This document shows, in pieces, positions 52,148 to 62,387 of a stretch of 64,000 nt of DNA (position 1 is the first letter of the stretch; every line of letters begins with the position of its first letter). Under the pieces are notes generated by a model, which was not told the origin of the DNA, ran no database searches, and was given only the letters and a program-made list of their open reading frames with translations. Source of the DNA: an uncultured Veillonella sp. (GTDB taxonomy: Bacteria; Bacillota; Negativicutes; Veillonellales; Veillonellaceae); the NCBI GenBank assembly GCA_900556785.1, contig USQK01000001.1, positions 2,415 through 66,414 on the forward strand. The letters run 5' to 3'. A program made the position numbers and the translations under genes.

Positions 52148-53131
52148 ATGAACTATATTGTATTTGATTTAGAGTGGAATCAACCCTATAGCAATGACAT
52201 TAGCTTTATGAAGCGCACAAAAATGCCACTAACTGGGGAAATCATTCAAATCGGAGCGGTAAAACTGAATGAAAAGATGGACATTGTAGATCATTTTACA
52301 ATGTTCATCAAACCACAATACCTGCCACGGATGCATAAACATGTCCGTGAATTGACAGGTATTACATCACGAGAACTCGATCATGGTGTGCCCTTTAAGA
52401 CGGCTATGCAGTACTTTCAAAATTGGTGTGGTGATGAGTATATGTTGTTATCTTGGGGGTCTGATGATATTCTCATATTGCGTGAAAATCTAATGCTTCA
52501 TAGGATGAAAGCTTTATCTTATGATCAATGGGTAGATGCACAGATGATTTATGCTTATCAGCGGTATGGTACGAGTCAACAGTATTCTGTGGCTCATGCT
52601 ATGGAGGACCTAAATATATCTACGGAGCATTTATCTGCTCATAATGCATTACATGATGCTGTATTTACGGCTCATATATGTCAAAAGCTAGATATACCAC
52701 AAGGTTTTTTACATTATGATCTAATTCGAAAGGAAAGTAGTAATCCTTTCTTATATCCACCAATTTTAACGTTCTTTATGTATGAGAACTTTCCTGAAAA
52801 GAAGCGCATTGTTCATGATAGAAGGGTTCGATTATCATTCTGCCCGTATTGTCAGACCCGCTTGGAAATGACGCGACCAGAACGATTGCAAGGTGATAAG
52901 CATCTCGCTATAGGCGTTTGTCCTAAACATGGCGATTTTGCAGTGCAACTTAAAGTTGGAAAATATACGATTAAGTCCGGTAGTACTAAATTCTACGTTA
53001 CAAAGGTATTAACGCATTGTACGGACGAAATTCGTTCTCTATATACTCAGAAGTCTGAAATTAATCGAGAGAAAGAGCGAAAATATTTGGAATTTCGCCG
53101 GGCGGAACTTGAAAAGGACCGCCAAAAATAA
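52148..53131 (+). CDS. DEDDh 3'-5' exonuclease with C-terminal Cys/His cluster
   Basis: VFDLEWN, EIIQIGAV, LTGI, HNALHDA; CPYC...CPKH. Confidence 0.85.
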   Translation: MNYIVFDLEWNQPYSNDISFMKRTKMPLTGEIIQIGAVKLNEKMDIVDHFTMFIKPQYLPRMHKHVRELTGITSRELDHGVPFKTAMQYFQNWCGDEYMLLSWGSDDILILRENLMLHRMKALSYDQWVDAQMIYAYQRYGTSQQYSVAHAMEDLNISTEHLSAHNALHDAVFTAHICQKLDIPQGFLHYDLIRKESSNPFLYPPILTFFMYENFPEKKRIVHDRRVRLSFCPYCQTRLEMTRPERLQGDKHLAIGVCPKHGDFAVQLKVGKYTIKSGSTKFYVTKVLTHCTDEIRSLYTQKSEINREKERKYLEFRRAELEKDRQK

Positions 53132-53201
53132 TTTTATTAATTCCTGTTCACATCTATAGTTTTTTAATTATTAGCTTGTGAGCATTTAGAAAGGATAGAT
53201 T

Positions 53202-54593
53202 ATGGAACGCAAATATGCATGGCATAATTACGACGATGCCACTATGGAAAAGGTATATGCCTTAAGTGATACATATCGTCAATTTTTAGATAATGGTAAA
53301 ACAGAACGTGAATGTGTTGTGCAAGCTGTAGAATTTGCAGAAGCAAAGGGCTATATAAATCTAAATGACATTATTAAAAGCAATACGTCAATTAAAGCTG
53401 GTGATAAGATTTATTACACACATATGGATAAATCTATTGCTTTATTTAATATTGGTACTGATGATATTGAATTGGGTATGAATATTTTAGGTGCTCATAT
53501 TGATTCTCCACGCATCGATGTAAAGCAAAATCCACAATATGAGGATAGTAATTTAGTATTTTGGGATACTCATTACTATGGAGGTATTAAAAAATATCAT
53601 TGGGTAGCTATGCCTCTTGCTATTCATGGTGTTGTGGTAAAAACAGATGGCACCCGCATTAATATCAACATTGGTGATAAAGAAACAGATCCTGTGTTTT
53701 GCATAACTGACTTGTTACCTCATTTGGGACAAGAACAAATGCAAAAGAATGCAGCTAAAGTAATTGAAGGGGAAGCTCTTGATTTACTCATCGGTAGCCG
53801 TCCAGTTAAAGACGAAGAAAAAGAAGGGGTTACTAAATTTATTAATAGCCTTCTTGAAAAAGAGTATGGATTTATTGAACGTGACTTATTGTCTGCAGAA
53901 CTAGAAATTGTACCAGCTGGTAAAGCACGTGATATGGGCTTTGATCGTTCCATGGTAATGGCGTATGGCCAAGATGATCGCGTGTGTGCCTACACATCCT
54001 TGGTAGCAATGCTTGAAGTGGATAATGTAAAGCGTACTACTTGTTGCTTACTTGTAGATAAAGAGGAAATTGGTTCTGTAGGTGCTACAGGTATGCAATC
54101 ACGCTTCTTTGAAAATGCAGTGGCTGAAATTTTAACACTTATGGGTAAACCTAATTCTGTAAGTGTACGTCGTACGTTGGAGAAATCTCGTATGTTATCC
54201 TCCGATGTAAGTGCCGGTTATGATCCACTCTATGCGTCTGCATATGAAAAGAAAAATGCTTCCTACCTTGGCATGGGCGTAGTATTCAATAAATTTACAG
54301 GCTCTCGTGGTAAAGCTGGTTCTAACGATGCTAATGCTGAGTATATGGGCTTTATCCGTCGTGTCATGGAATCTAACAATGTAACATACCAAACGGCAGA
54401 GCTTGGTAAGGTTGATTTAGGTGGTGGTGGCACCATTGCGTACATCATGGCTCTTTATGGTATGAATGTCATCGACTGTGGTGTAGCCGTTCTTAGCATG
54501 CATGCTCCTTGGGAGGTTACATCTAAGGCTGATATTTACGAGGCTAAACAATGCTATGTAGCGTTCTTAAATGCAGCTGATGAATCAATCTAA
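53202..54593 (+). CDS. M18 family aminopeptidase
   Basis: AHIDSPR, YYGGIKKY, YGQDDR, DKEEIGS, SMHAPWE. Confidence 0.92.
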   Translation: MERKYAWHNYDDATMEKVYALSDTYRQFLDNGKTERECVVQAVEFAEAKGYINLNDIIKSNTSIKAGDKIYYTHMDKSIALFNIGTDDIELGMNILGAHIDSPRIDVKQNPQYEDSNLVFWDTHYYGGIKKYHWVAMPLAIHGVVVKTDGTRININIGDKETDPVFCITDLLPHLGQEQMQKNAAKVIEGEALDLLIGSRPVKDEEKEGVTKFINSLLEKEYGFIERDLLSAELEIVPAGKARDMGFDRSMVMAYGQDDRVCAYTSLVAMLEVDNVKRTTCCLLVDKEEIGSVGATGMQSRFFENAVAEILTLMGKPNSVSVRRTLEKSRMLSSDVSAGYDPLYASAYEKKNASYLGMGVVFNKFTGSRGKAGSNDANAEYMGFIRRVMESNNVTYQTAELGKVDLGGGGTIAYIMALYGMNVIDCGVAVLSMHAPWEVTSKADIYEAKQCYVAFLNAADESI

Positions 54594-54643
54594 GATAATG
54601 GGGCTTTCACCAATGGTAAAAGTCCATTCTTTGTGAGGTGTAT

Positions 54644-55021
54644 ATGAAGCAAACAGAATTAGGCGCAGCTATAGAGTCTGCGAAAGGAGAGGCTACAGAG
54701 GTCAAGACTGTAAAGGTAGATATTTTTGACATCCCTGAAACGAAGGTTGAGGAATATATTGCTAATCGTAAAGAGGTAGCAGAAGCAGCAGCACAGGTTA
54801 TGAGATCATACTGTGTTACTGTAAAACGTGAAACTTTAGATCCTGAAGAAGGGGAAGCAGTGGTTGGTTACTATATAACGGGTGAAATTCTAATGTGCGT
54901 CATCTTGGACCCATTTGAAGTGCCTGTTATGAAGGTAGCTCTTGATAAAGGGACTCTTAAGGACTATATTTTAGCAGCTAATGATTTAACAGAAGACATG
55001 TTAGCGTCTCTTGAAAAGTAA
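54644..55021 (+). CDS. Hypothetical protein
   Basis: GAGGTG RBS; ORF fills the gap; no motif recognised. Confidence 0.7.
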   Translation: MKQTELGAAIESAKGEATEVKTVKVDIFDIPETKVEEYIANRKEVAEAAAQVMRSYCVTVKRETLDPEEGEAVVGYYITGEILMCVILDPFEVPVMKVALDKGTLKDYILAANDLTEDMLASLEK

Positions 55022-55152
55022 AAGGATTTCGTATCTTAATGTGTTCTATAAATGGACAAATGTAAAATACTTTAACCTGCTACATTGATGTAGTAAAGAA
55101 ATTTGTTTATAATAGATGTATTATAGTCATTGCAGATAGGAAGGAAATCCCC

Positions 55153-56130
55153 ATGAATTTAAAAAAAGGTATTGCCCTAGCGCTCACGGCGGCAGCATTG
55201 ATGGCATTTACAGGCTGTGGATCCAATGGAACAACATCTAATGGTGAATACAAGGTTGGCGTAGTACAACTGGTTGAACATCCTGCACTTGATGCAGCAA
55301 ACAAAGGTTTTGTTGATGCTTTAAAAGAAAAAGGCTTGGCAGATAAAATTACCTTTGACCAACAAAATGCACAAGCTGATCAATCTAATTTGAACAGTAT
55401 TGCACAGCGTTTTGTATCTGATCGTAAAAACTTAATCTTAGCGATTGCAACACCGGCAGCTCAATCTATGGCGAATGCAACTCACGATATTCCAATCTTG
55501 GGTACTGCTATCACTGATTATGAATCAGCTAAACTTGTTAAATCTAATGAAAAACCAGGTGGTAATGTATCTGGTACATCTGATATGAACCCAGTAGAAC
55601 AACAAGTTGATTTAATTTTACAAGTATTACCAAATACTAAGACAATTGGTACTATTTATAGCTCTAGTGAAGTAAACTCTCAAATTCAAGTTGAGAAAAT
55701 GAAAGCTTACGCAGCTACAAAAGGTGTTAAGGTTGAAGAGGTTACCGTTTCTAACGTAAACGATATTCAACAAGCAGCACAAAATCTTGTGTCTCAACGT
55801 GTAGACGCAATTTATGTGCCAACAGATAATGTAGTAGCTTCTGCGATGAGCAATCTTGTAGCGATTACCGACCCAGCAAAAATTCCTGTGTTTGGCGGCG
55901 AAGATAACCACGTAAAAGGTGGTGCTGTAATGTCCTTGTCCGTAGATTACTACAAACTTGGATACCAAACAGGTTTAATGGCAGCTAAAATTTTAACTGG
56001 TGAAGCTAAAGTTGAAGATATGCCTATTGAAATGCAAAAAGAATTTAAATTAGTTGTAAGTAAAGATAAATTACAAAAATTGGGCATCACATTACCAGAA
56101 GAATTGATGAACAAAGCAACTATGATTTAA
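55153..56130 (+). CDS. ABC transporter substrate-binding lipoprotein
   Basis: Lipobox FTGC, EHPALD, IATPAAQ, GTSD, PTDN. Confidence 0.92.
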   Translation: MNLKKGIALALTAAALMAFTGCGSNGTTSNGEYKVGVVQLVEHPALDAANKGFVDALKEKGLADKITFDQQNAQADQSNLNSIAQRFVSDRKNLILAIATPAAQSMANATHDIPILGTAITDYESAKLVKSNEKPGGNVSGTSDMNPVEQQVDLILQVLPNTKTIGTIYSSSEVNSQIQVEKMKAYAATKGVKVEEVTVSNVNDIQQAAQNLVSQRVDAIYVPTDNVVASAMSNLVAITDPAKIPVFGGEDNHVKGGAVMSLSVDYYKLGYQTGLMAAKILTGEAKVEDMPIEMQKEFKLVVSKDKLQKLGITLPEELMNKATMI

Positions 56131-56154
56131 TACACAACTGGTAAGGAGTTACAT

Positions 56155-57135
56155 ATGAACTGGAAAAAAGGTATTGCAGTAGCACTTAGTGCTATCTCTA
56201 TTATGGCAATGGTAGCTGGTTGCGGTTCCAATACAGCAACTAATGATCAAAAGAAAATCGGAGTTATTCAATTGGTAGAACATCCATCTCTTGATGCCGC
56301 TAATAAAGGCTTTGTTGATGGCCTTGCATCTAAAGGTTATAAAGATGGGGAAAACATCAAATTAGACCAACAAAATGCTCAAGCCGACCAATCTAATTTA
56401 AATAGTATTGCTCAACGTTTTGTATCTGATAAAAAGGATTTAGTATTAGCCATTGCAACGCCAGCTGCACAAACTATGGCAAACGCATCTCATGATATTC
56501 CTATCATGGGTACTGCTATTACAGACTACGTTACAGCAAAACTTGTTCAATCTAACGAACATCCAGGTGGTAATGTTTCTGGTACATCTGATATGACACC
56601 TGTAGAAAAAGAGGTTGATCTTATTATTGCATTAGTACCAAATGTAAAACGTATTGGTGCAATTTACACATCTTCTGAAATCAACTCCCAACTTCAAGTT
56701 GAAAAAATGAAAGCTTATGCAGCTACTAAAGGTATCACTGTTGTAGAAGCAACTGTTTCTAACGTAAATGATATCCAACAAGCAGCTACAAATCTTGTAA
56801 ACCAAGATGTACAAGCTATTTATACACCAACTGATAATGTATTGGCATCTGCTATGGCTAACTTAGCTCAAATTACTGATGCTGCTAAAATTCCAGTATT
56901 TGCTGCCGATGAAGGCATGACAATGACTGGTGGTGTGGCAACATATTCTGTTGACTACTATAAATTAGGTTATCAAACTGGTTTAATGGCTGCAAAAGTG
57001 CTTTCTGGTGAAGCTAAAATTTCTGATTTAGCCATTGAAACACAAAAAGATATTAAGTTAACTGTTAATGAAGAACGTGCTAAAAAATTAGGTATCACAA
57101 TTCCTGAAGCACTTCGTAAAGATATGAAACAATAG
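56155..57135 (+). CDS. ABC transporter substrate-binding lipoprotein (tandem paralog)
   Basis: Lipobox VAGC; highly similar to the upstream gene. Confidence 0.92.
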   Translation: MNWKKGIAVALSAISIMAMVAGCGSNTATNDQKKIGVIQLVEHPSLDAANKGFVDGLASKGYKDGENIKLDQQNAQADQSNLNSIAQRFVSDKKDLVLAIATPAAQTMANASHDIPIMGTAITDYVTAKLVQSNEHPGGNVSGTSDMTPVEKEVDLIIALVPNVKRIGAIYTSSEINSQLQVEKMKAYAATKGITVVEATVSNVNDIQQAATNLVNQDVQAIYTPTDNVLASAMANLAQITDAAKIPVFAADEGMTMTGGVATYSVDYYKLGYQTGLMAAKVLSGEAKISDLAIETQKDIKLTVNEERAKKLGITIPEALRKDMKQ

Positions 57136-57146
57136 AGGAGATTTTG

Positions 57147-58019
57147 ATGTTAGATTTAGTGGTAGGCACCATAACAACTGGCCTTTTATGGTCTTTGTTA
57201 GCGGTTGGTGTTTTCATCACCTTCCGTGTATTAGATGTGGCTGACTTAACCGTAGAAGGTACGTTTCCAATGGGGGCGGCCATTTCTGCAATTTTAATTA
57301 CAAGTGGTATGAACCCAATCCTATCTATCTTGATTGCCGGCATTGGCGGTATGGCCGCAGGTGCTGTAACAGGTTGGATTCATACAAAATTGAAGATACC
57401 TGCATTGCTAGCTGGTATCTTAACAATGATTGCTTTATACTCCATTAATCTTCATATTATGGGTAAAGCTAATGTATCCTTGCTTCGTATGGATACAATT
57501 TATACAATCATCGGTAGTGTACTTCACACAGCAAACATGTGGTCTGCAGCTATCGTAGGTATCATCGTAGCTGTTGTAGTTTGCTTATTACTATTCTGGT
57601 TCTTCGGTACTGAAATTGGTACAGCATTACGTGCAACAGGTGTTAACCCTCAAATGATTCGTGCTCAAGGTGTAAATACTGACAACATGATCGTTTTAGG
57701 TCTTTTGATTTCCAACGGTTTTGTTGGTATGTCTGGTGCATTGATTGGCCAATTCCAAGGCTTTGCCGACGTAGGTATGGGTATTGGTACTATCGTAATC
57801 GGTTTGGCTTCCGTAATTATCGGTGAGGTAGTATTTGGTACAAAATCCTTCGTACGTAGCCTTATCGCTGTAGTACTTGGTTCTATCGTATATCGTATCG
57901 TTATTGCGGCTGTACTCTATATGGGTATGCCACCAAACGACTTGAAATTATTTACTGCTATTCTTGTTGCCATCGCGCTTTCCTTGCCTACATTGAAAGC
58001 AAAATGGTTGGCTCGCTAA
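57147..58019 (+). CDS. ABC transporter permease
   Basis: DLTVEGTF, LRATG.N, GLASVIIGE. Confidence 0.92.
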   Translation: MLDLVVGTITTGLLWSLLAVGVFITFRVLDVADLTVEGTFPMGAAISAILITSGMNPILSILIAGIGGMAAGAVTGWIHTKLKIPALLAGILTMIALYSINLHIMGKANVSLLRMDTIYTIIGSVLHTANMWSAAIVGIIVAVVVCLLLFWFFGTEIGTALRATGVNPQMIRAQGVNTDNMIVLGLLISNGFVGMSGALIGQFQGFADVGMGIGTIVIGLASVIIGEVVFGTKSFVRSLIAVVLGSIVYRIVIAAVLYMGMPPNDLKLFTAILVAIALSLPTLKAKWLAR

Positions 58020-58029
58020 GGAGGACACT

Positions 58030-58827
58030 ATGTTAGAAGTAAAAAATATGGTAAAAACCTTCTTTAAGGGCACAATTAATGAAAAGACTGCATTACAAGG
58101 CATTAATCTTCGTCTAGAAGAGGGTGATTTTTGTACTGTCATTGGTGGTAATGGTGCTGGTAAAAGTACTTTGTTAAACTCCATTGCTGGTGTATTTCCA
58201 GTAGATGAAGGATCCATTACAATTAATGAGATTGATGTGACAAAAATGCCAGAATACAAACGTGCTAAATACATTGGTCGTGTATTCCAAGACCCTATGG
58301 TTGGTACTGCTGGTAATATGCAAATCGAGGAAAACTTGATTCTTGCTATGCGCCGTGGTAAAAGCTTAGGTCTTAAATGGGCTTTCAAAGATAGTGAACA
58401 AGCATTTTTCAAGGAACGTCTTGCATTATTAGGCTTAGGCCTTGAAGATCGTTTATCTGCTCGCATGGGCCTACTATCTGGTGGTCAACGTCAATCTATT
58501 ACATTGTTAATGGCTACTATGCTTCGTCCAGAACTCTTATTGTTGGATGAGCATACGGCGGCACTTGACCCTAAAACTGCAGAAAATGTATTGCAACTAA
58601 CAGATAAACTCGTTGCAGAACATAATCTAACAACTCTTATGATTACCCATAATATGCGTGATGCATTGCGATTTGGTAATCGCCTCATCATGATGGACGC
58701 TGGTCGAATCATCTATGATGTAAAAGGGGAAGAAAAGAAACAATTAACTGTTGCGGACTTACTTCAAAAGTTCGAGGTAGCTGGTGATAATGCACTGAGT
58801 GACCGCATGGTGCTAGGTGCTAAATAA
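58030..58827 (+). CDS. ABC transporter ATP-binding protein
   Basis: GGNGAGKST, LSGGQRQ, LLDEHTAALDP. Confidence 0.93.
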   Translation: MLEVKNMVKTFFKGTINEKTALQGINLRLEEGDFCTVIGGNGAGKSTLLNSIAGVFPVDEGSITINEIDVTKMPEYKRAKYIGRVFQDPMVGTAGNMQIEENLILAMRRGKSLGLKWAFKDSEQAFFKERLALLGLGLEDRLSARMGLLSGGQRQSITLLMATMLRPELLLLDEHTAALDPKTAENVLQLTDKLVAEHNLTTLMITHNMRDALRFGNRLIMMDAGRIIYDVKGEEKKQLTVADLLQKFEVAGDNALSDRMVLGAK

Positions 58828-58874
58828 TAGAAGGAAGTTCTAATCTATCTTTTGTTCAATTACTGTATTTTTGC

Positions 58875-58903
58875 TTTACAAGATAGGGCAGATACTGTAT
58901 ACT
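58875..58903 (+). promoter_or_regulatory. Sigma70-type promoter of rpsO
   Basis: TTTACA-17 nt-TATACT. Confidence 0.7.
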
Positions 58904-58909
58904 AAATTA

Positions 58910-58976
58910 GGTCGTAAGACATATCGTAAGCGAAGTATTCGATTCTCCAACGGTTACTTAAGCTTATCGGGATTAT
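58910..58976 (+). ncRNA. Probable S15 (rpsO) autoregulatory leader
   Basis: Nested stems TAAGC/GCTTA and AAGTA/TACTT around CGATTCTCCAACG, between the promoter and the rpsO RBS; Firmicute rpsO genes carry such leaders. Confidence 0.65.
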
Positions 58977-58998
58977 AATTTTTTAGGAGGTAACATTA

Positions 58999-59265
58999 AT
59001 GTTAACTACAGAAGCTAAATTAGCAGTAATTAAAGAATACGCTACTCATGAAGGTGACACTGGTTCTCCAGAAGTACAAGTTGCGATTTTAACAAGTCGC
59101 ATTCAATACTTAACTGAACACTTGAAAGAGCACAAAAAAGACCATCATTCCCGTCGTGGTTTGTTGAAATTGGTTGGTCAACGCCGTAACATGCTTGACT
59201 ACCTTCGTCGTAAAGATATCGAACGTTACCGTTCCCTTATTGAACGCCTTGGTCTTCGTAAATAA
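58999..59265 (+). CDS. rpsO: 30S ribosomal protein S15
   Basis: [21 protein letters not shown]. Confidence 0.98.
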   Translation: MLTTEAKLAVIKEYATHEGDTGSPEVQVAILTSRIQYLTEHLKEHKKDHHSRRGLLKLVGQRRNMLDYLRRKDIERYRSLIERLGLRK

Positions 59266-59272
59266 TAAAATT

Positions 59273-59297
59273 AGCCGTCCTAAAGGACGGCTTTTTT
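59273..59297 (+). terminator. Intrinsic terminator
   Basis: AGCCGTCC-TAAA-GGACGGCT followed by a T run. Confidence 0.88.
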
Positions 59298-59376
59298 ATT
59301 TTGAATTGGCTATTTAGCTTTAATTGATATATAATTAGAAGGTATACATATAAGAAGATTTTTAGGAGGAATAGGA

Positions 59377-61446
59377 ATGGAACAATTCCAAATGGACCTA
59401 GCTGGTCGTATGCTTACGATTGAGACTGGGGAACTTGCAAAACAAGCTAGCGGTGCTGTAATGGTTGGCTATGGCGATACTCGTGTACTGGTTACTGCTA
59501 CAGGCTCTAAAGAGGCGAAGGATATCGACTTCTTCCCACTTACAGTAGACTATGAAGAAAAAATGTACGCTGTTGGTCGTTTACCAGGTGGCTTCATTAA
59601 ACGTGAAGCACGTCCACCTGAATCTGCGATTTTGAATAGCCGTTTGATTGACCGTCCTATTCGTCCATTATTTGATAAAGGTGTACGTAATGAAGTACAC
59701 GTAGTAGCAACAGTTATGTCCGTTGATCAAGATTGTGATCCAGCAATCTGTGGTATGATTGGCGCTTCCGCTGCTTTATCTATTTCTGATATTCCTTGGA
59801 ATGGTCCTATTGCAGGCGTTCGCATGGGTCGTATCAACGGTGAATTTGTTGTAAACCCGACAAAAGAACAATTAGAAGCAACAGATCTTAACATTGTTGT
59901 AGCTGGTACAAAAGATGCTATCCTCATGGTTGAAGGTGGTGCTAAAGAGGTTCCAGAAGAAACTATTCTTGAAGTCATCATGGCAGCTCATGAAGAAATT
60001 AAAAAAATCGTAGCTTTCCAAGAAGATATGAAAGCAAAAGTGGGCAAGGAAAAACGCGTATTTGAAAGTAAAGACGTGCCTGCTGAAATCGCTGAAGCTG
60101 TTCGTGCATATGGTCATGATAAACTTGATGCAGCAGTTCGTTGTGCAGATAAACAACAACGTGATGCGCAAGAAAGCGAAGTACGTGCCGATGTATTAGC
60201 TCACTTTGAAGAAATCTACCCAGATAATTTGGGTGATGTAAATAAAGCATTTGACGCAATGACAAAAGAAATCGTACGTCATATGATTACTGTTGAAAAA
60301 ATTCGTCCAGATGGTCGTAAACTTGATGAAGTTCGTCCAATCTCTTGCCGTACAGGTGTCTTACCTCGTACACATGGTTCTGGCTTATTTACTCGTGGTC
60401 AAACTCAAGTATTGAACGTTGCTACTGTAGCTCCATTGTCTGAAACTCAAACAATTGATGGCATTGGTTTAGAAACAGAAAAACGTTATATTCACCACTA
60501 TAATTTTCCATCCTTCTCCGTAGGTGAAACTCGTTCCTCCCGTGGTCCTGGCCGTCGTGAAATTGGTCATGGTGCGTTGGCTGAGCGTGCATTGGTACCT
60601 GTAATTCCTAGTGAAGAAGAATTCCCATATGCATTGCGCTTAGTATCTGAAGTATTGGAATCCAATGGTTCTAGCTCCATGGCATCCGTATGTGGTTCCA
60701 CATTATCCTTGATGGATGCTGGTGTACCTATTAAAGCTCCTGTTGCTGGTATCGCTATGGGTCTCGTAACTCAAGGCGAACACTATACAATCTTAACTGA
60801 TATCCAAGGCATGGAAGATGCTCTTGGCGACATGGACTTTAAAGTGGCTGGTACAGCAAAAGGTGTAACAGCAATTCAAATGGATATTAAAATTTCCGGC
60901 TTATCTCGTGAAATCCTTCATGAAGCATTAGAACAAGCTCATAAAGGCCGTATGCATATCATGGGTATCATGCTTGATACAATTGCTGAACCACGTCAAC
61001 AAATGTCTGAATATGCTCCACGTATTATTACAATGAAAATTGATCCAGATAAGATTCGCGATGTAATTGGTTCTGGCGGTAAAGTAATTCGTGGTATCAT
61101 CGATGAAACAGGTGCAAAAATCGACATCGAAGATGATGGTACAGTATTCATCGCTTCTGTAGATCAAGAAGGTGCTGCTAAAGCACAACAAATCATTGAA
61201 AACCTTACTAAAGAAGTTGAAGTAGGCGAAGTATACCTTGGTAAAGTAACTCGTTTGATGGCATTCGGTGCTTTCGTAGAAGTATTACCAGGTAAAGAAG
61301 GTCTTGTACATATTTCCAAACTTGCGAAAGAACGCGTTGAAAATGTAGAAGACGTAGTAAGTGTAGGGGATGAAATCATGGTAAAAGTTATCGAAATCGA
61401 TAAACAGGGCCGTGTAAACTTGTCCCGTAAAGATTGTTTAAAATAA
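59377..61446 (+). CDS. pnp: Polyribonucleotide nucleotidyltransferase (PNPase)
   Basis: [45 protein letters not shown] and S1 domains. Confidence 0.98.
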   Translation: MEQFQMDLAGRMLTIETGELAKQASGAVMVGYGDTRVLVTATGSKEAKDIDFFPLTVDYEEKMYAVGRLPGGFIKREARPPESAILNSRLIDRPIRPLFDKGVRNEVHVVATVMSVDQDCDPAICGMIGASAALSISDIPWNGPIAGVRMGRINGEFVVNPTKEQLEATDLNIVVAGTKDAILMVEGGAKEVPEETILEVIMAAHEEIKKIVAFQEDMKAKVGKEKRVFESKDVPAEIAEAVRAYGHDKLDAAVRCADKQQRDAQESEVRADVLAHFEEIYPDNLGDVNKAFDAMTKEIVRHMITVEKIRPDGRKLDEVRPISCRTGVLPRTHGSGLFTRGQTQVLNVATVAPLSETQTIDGIGLETEKRYIHHYNFPSFSVGETRSSRGPGRREIGHGALAERALVPVIPSEEEFPYALRLVSEVLESNGSSSMASVCGSTLSLMDAGVPIKAPVAGIAMGLVTQGEHYTILTDIQGMEDALGDMDFKVAGTAKGVTAIQMDIKISGLSREILHEALEQAHKGRMHIMGIMLDTIAEPRQQMSEYAPRIITMKIDPDKIRDVIGSGGKVIRGIIDETGAKIDIEDDGTVFIASVDQEGAAKAQQIIENLTKEVEVGEVYLGKVTRLMAFGAFVEVLPGKEGLVHISKLAKERVENVEDVVSVGDEIMVKVIEIDKQGRVNLSRKDCLK

Positions 61447-61456
61447 GAGGTGTTAC

Positions 61457-61906
61457 ATGGATATTCGTGGCTTTGAAGTAGTTTCTGCTTTTGAAGAACA
61501 AGATATCAATTTACCGACACGTAAAACAACAGAAAGCGCAGGCTATGATATTGAATGCGCTGAAGCTGTTACTTTAGAACCAGGTCAAGTAGTATTAGTG
61601 CCAACAGGTATTAAAGCTTTCATGGCATACGATGAATACCTTGCCATTCACATTCGTTCTAGCATGGCCATTAAACGCCATCTAGCACTTGTAAATAGCA
61701 CAGGTATTATCGACAGTGATTACTATAATAATGAGGACAACGAAGGTCATATCATGATCGCTCTACTCAATTATGGTAAAGAAACAGTTTCCCTTGAAAA
61801 AGGTGAACGTGTTGCTCAAGGTATTTTCTCTAAATACCTTATTACTAACGATGACGATGCTACAGGCATTCGTACAGGTGGTATTGGTAGCACTGGGACT
61901 ATGTAA
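61457..61906 (+). CDS. dut: dUTP diphosphatase
   Basis: SAGYD, RSS, GIIDSDY, RVAQG, RTGGIGSTG. Confidence 0.95.
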   Translation: MDIRGFEVVSAFEEQDINLPTRKTTESAGYDIECAEAVTLEPGQVVLVPTGIKAFMAYDEYLAIHIRSSMAIKRHLALVNSTGIIDSDYYNNEDNEGHIMIALLNYGKETVSLEKGERVAQGIFSKYLITNDDDATGIRTGGIGSTGTM

Positions 61907-61935
61907 ACTAAATACGATTCTAAATAGAATGGTGA

Positions 61936-61965
61936 AAGCCGCTCAACTAGGTTGGGCGGCTTTTT
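61936..61965 (+). terminator. Intrinsic terminator after dut
   Basis: AAAGCCGCTCAAC-TAG-GTTGGGCGGCTTT followed by TT. Confidence 0.88.
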
Positions 61966-61990
61966 CTAATAAAATTTTTTAAATTAATTA

Positions 61991-62019
61991 TTGACACACA
62001 CGGATGCGTGTATTATAAT
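61991..62019 (+). promoter_or_regulatory. Consensus sigma70/sigmaA promoter
   Basis: Exact TTGACA (61991-61996), 17-nt spacer, exact TATAAT (62014-62019). Confidence 0.9.
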
Positions 62020-62025
62020 TACATC

Positions 62026-62365
62026 ATCAGGTGAGTTAAATCACCAACATGTAGAACAGAAAGACTTAGGTTCTAACAGCAATCTTATACTATACATAGT
62101 TTAATAGAGATGATTATAGAATCTAGTATAATTTAATAGTTATCGTTCATAAACGATTCATAAGGTTAGACACTAGCAGCAATCCATCGATTAAATAATC
62201 AGAAAAAGTGATTTTGGAGACTTTTTGGTCTAGAGTATCGTGTCTAGTTAGCCTTAGCCTCAGTAAGGTTAGTAATTGTCTTGAACTTTGTATTGTAACC
62301 GCTCACGGTTGTCGTGTTTATTTTGCTTTCAAAATTTACGTTGTGATAATCCGGAGTGGTTTTTT
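62026..62365 (+). ncRNA. Putative structured ncRNA/leader with two CAGCAAUC stem-loop units
   Basis: Runs from the promoter to a hairpin plus U tract; units 62066-62127 and 62166-62248 share TTAG-N3-CTA-R-CAGCAATC...TCTAGT with compensatory stem changes; no long ORF. Confidence 0.6.
62297..62365 (+). terminator. Long hairpin plus U tract upstream of the DUF2828 RBS
   Basis: AACCGCTC/GAGTGGTT, CGG/CCG, TTGTCG/TGATAA and ATTTTG/CAAAAT stacked stems followed by TTTT. Confidence 0.55.
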
Positions 62366-62387
62366 ATATGCTAAGGAGATAGGAACT

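Noticed and set aside
491..61982. Many 60-170 aa ORFs nested in or antisense to core genes (e.g. 6600-6986, 43562-43930, 57948-58466)
   Set aside because: They overlap well-supported genes and have no RBS or motifs; expected shadow ORFs.
62066..62248. CRISPR mini-array or tRNA interpretation of the repeated units
   Set aside because: Only two imperfect copies, each closing a stem around its own interior; no cas genes; no cloverleaf, T-loop GTTCRA or CCA end.
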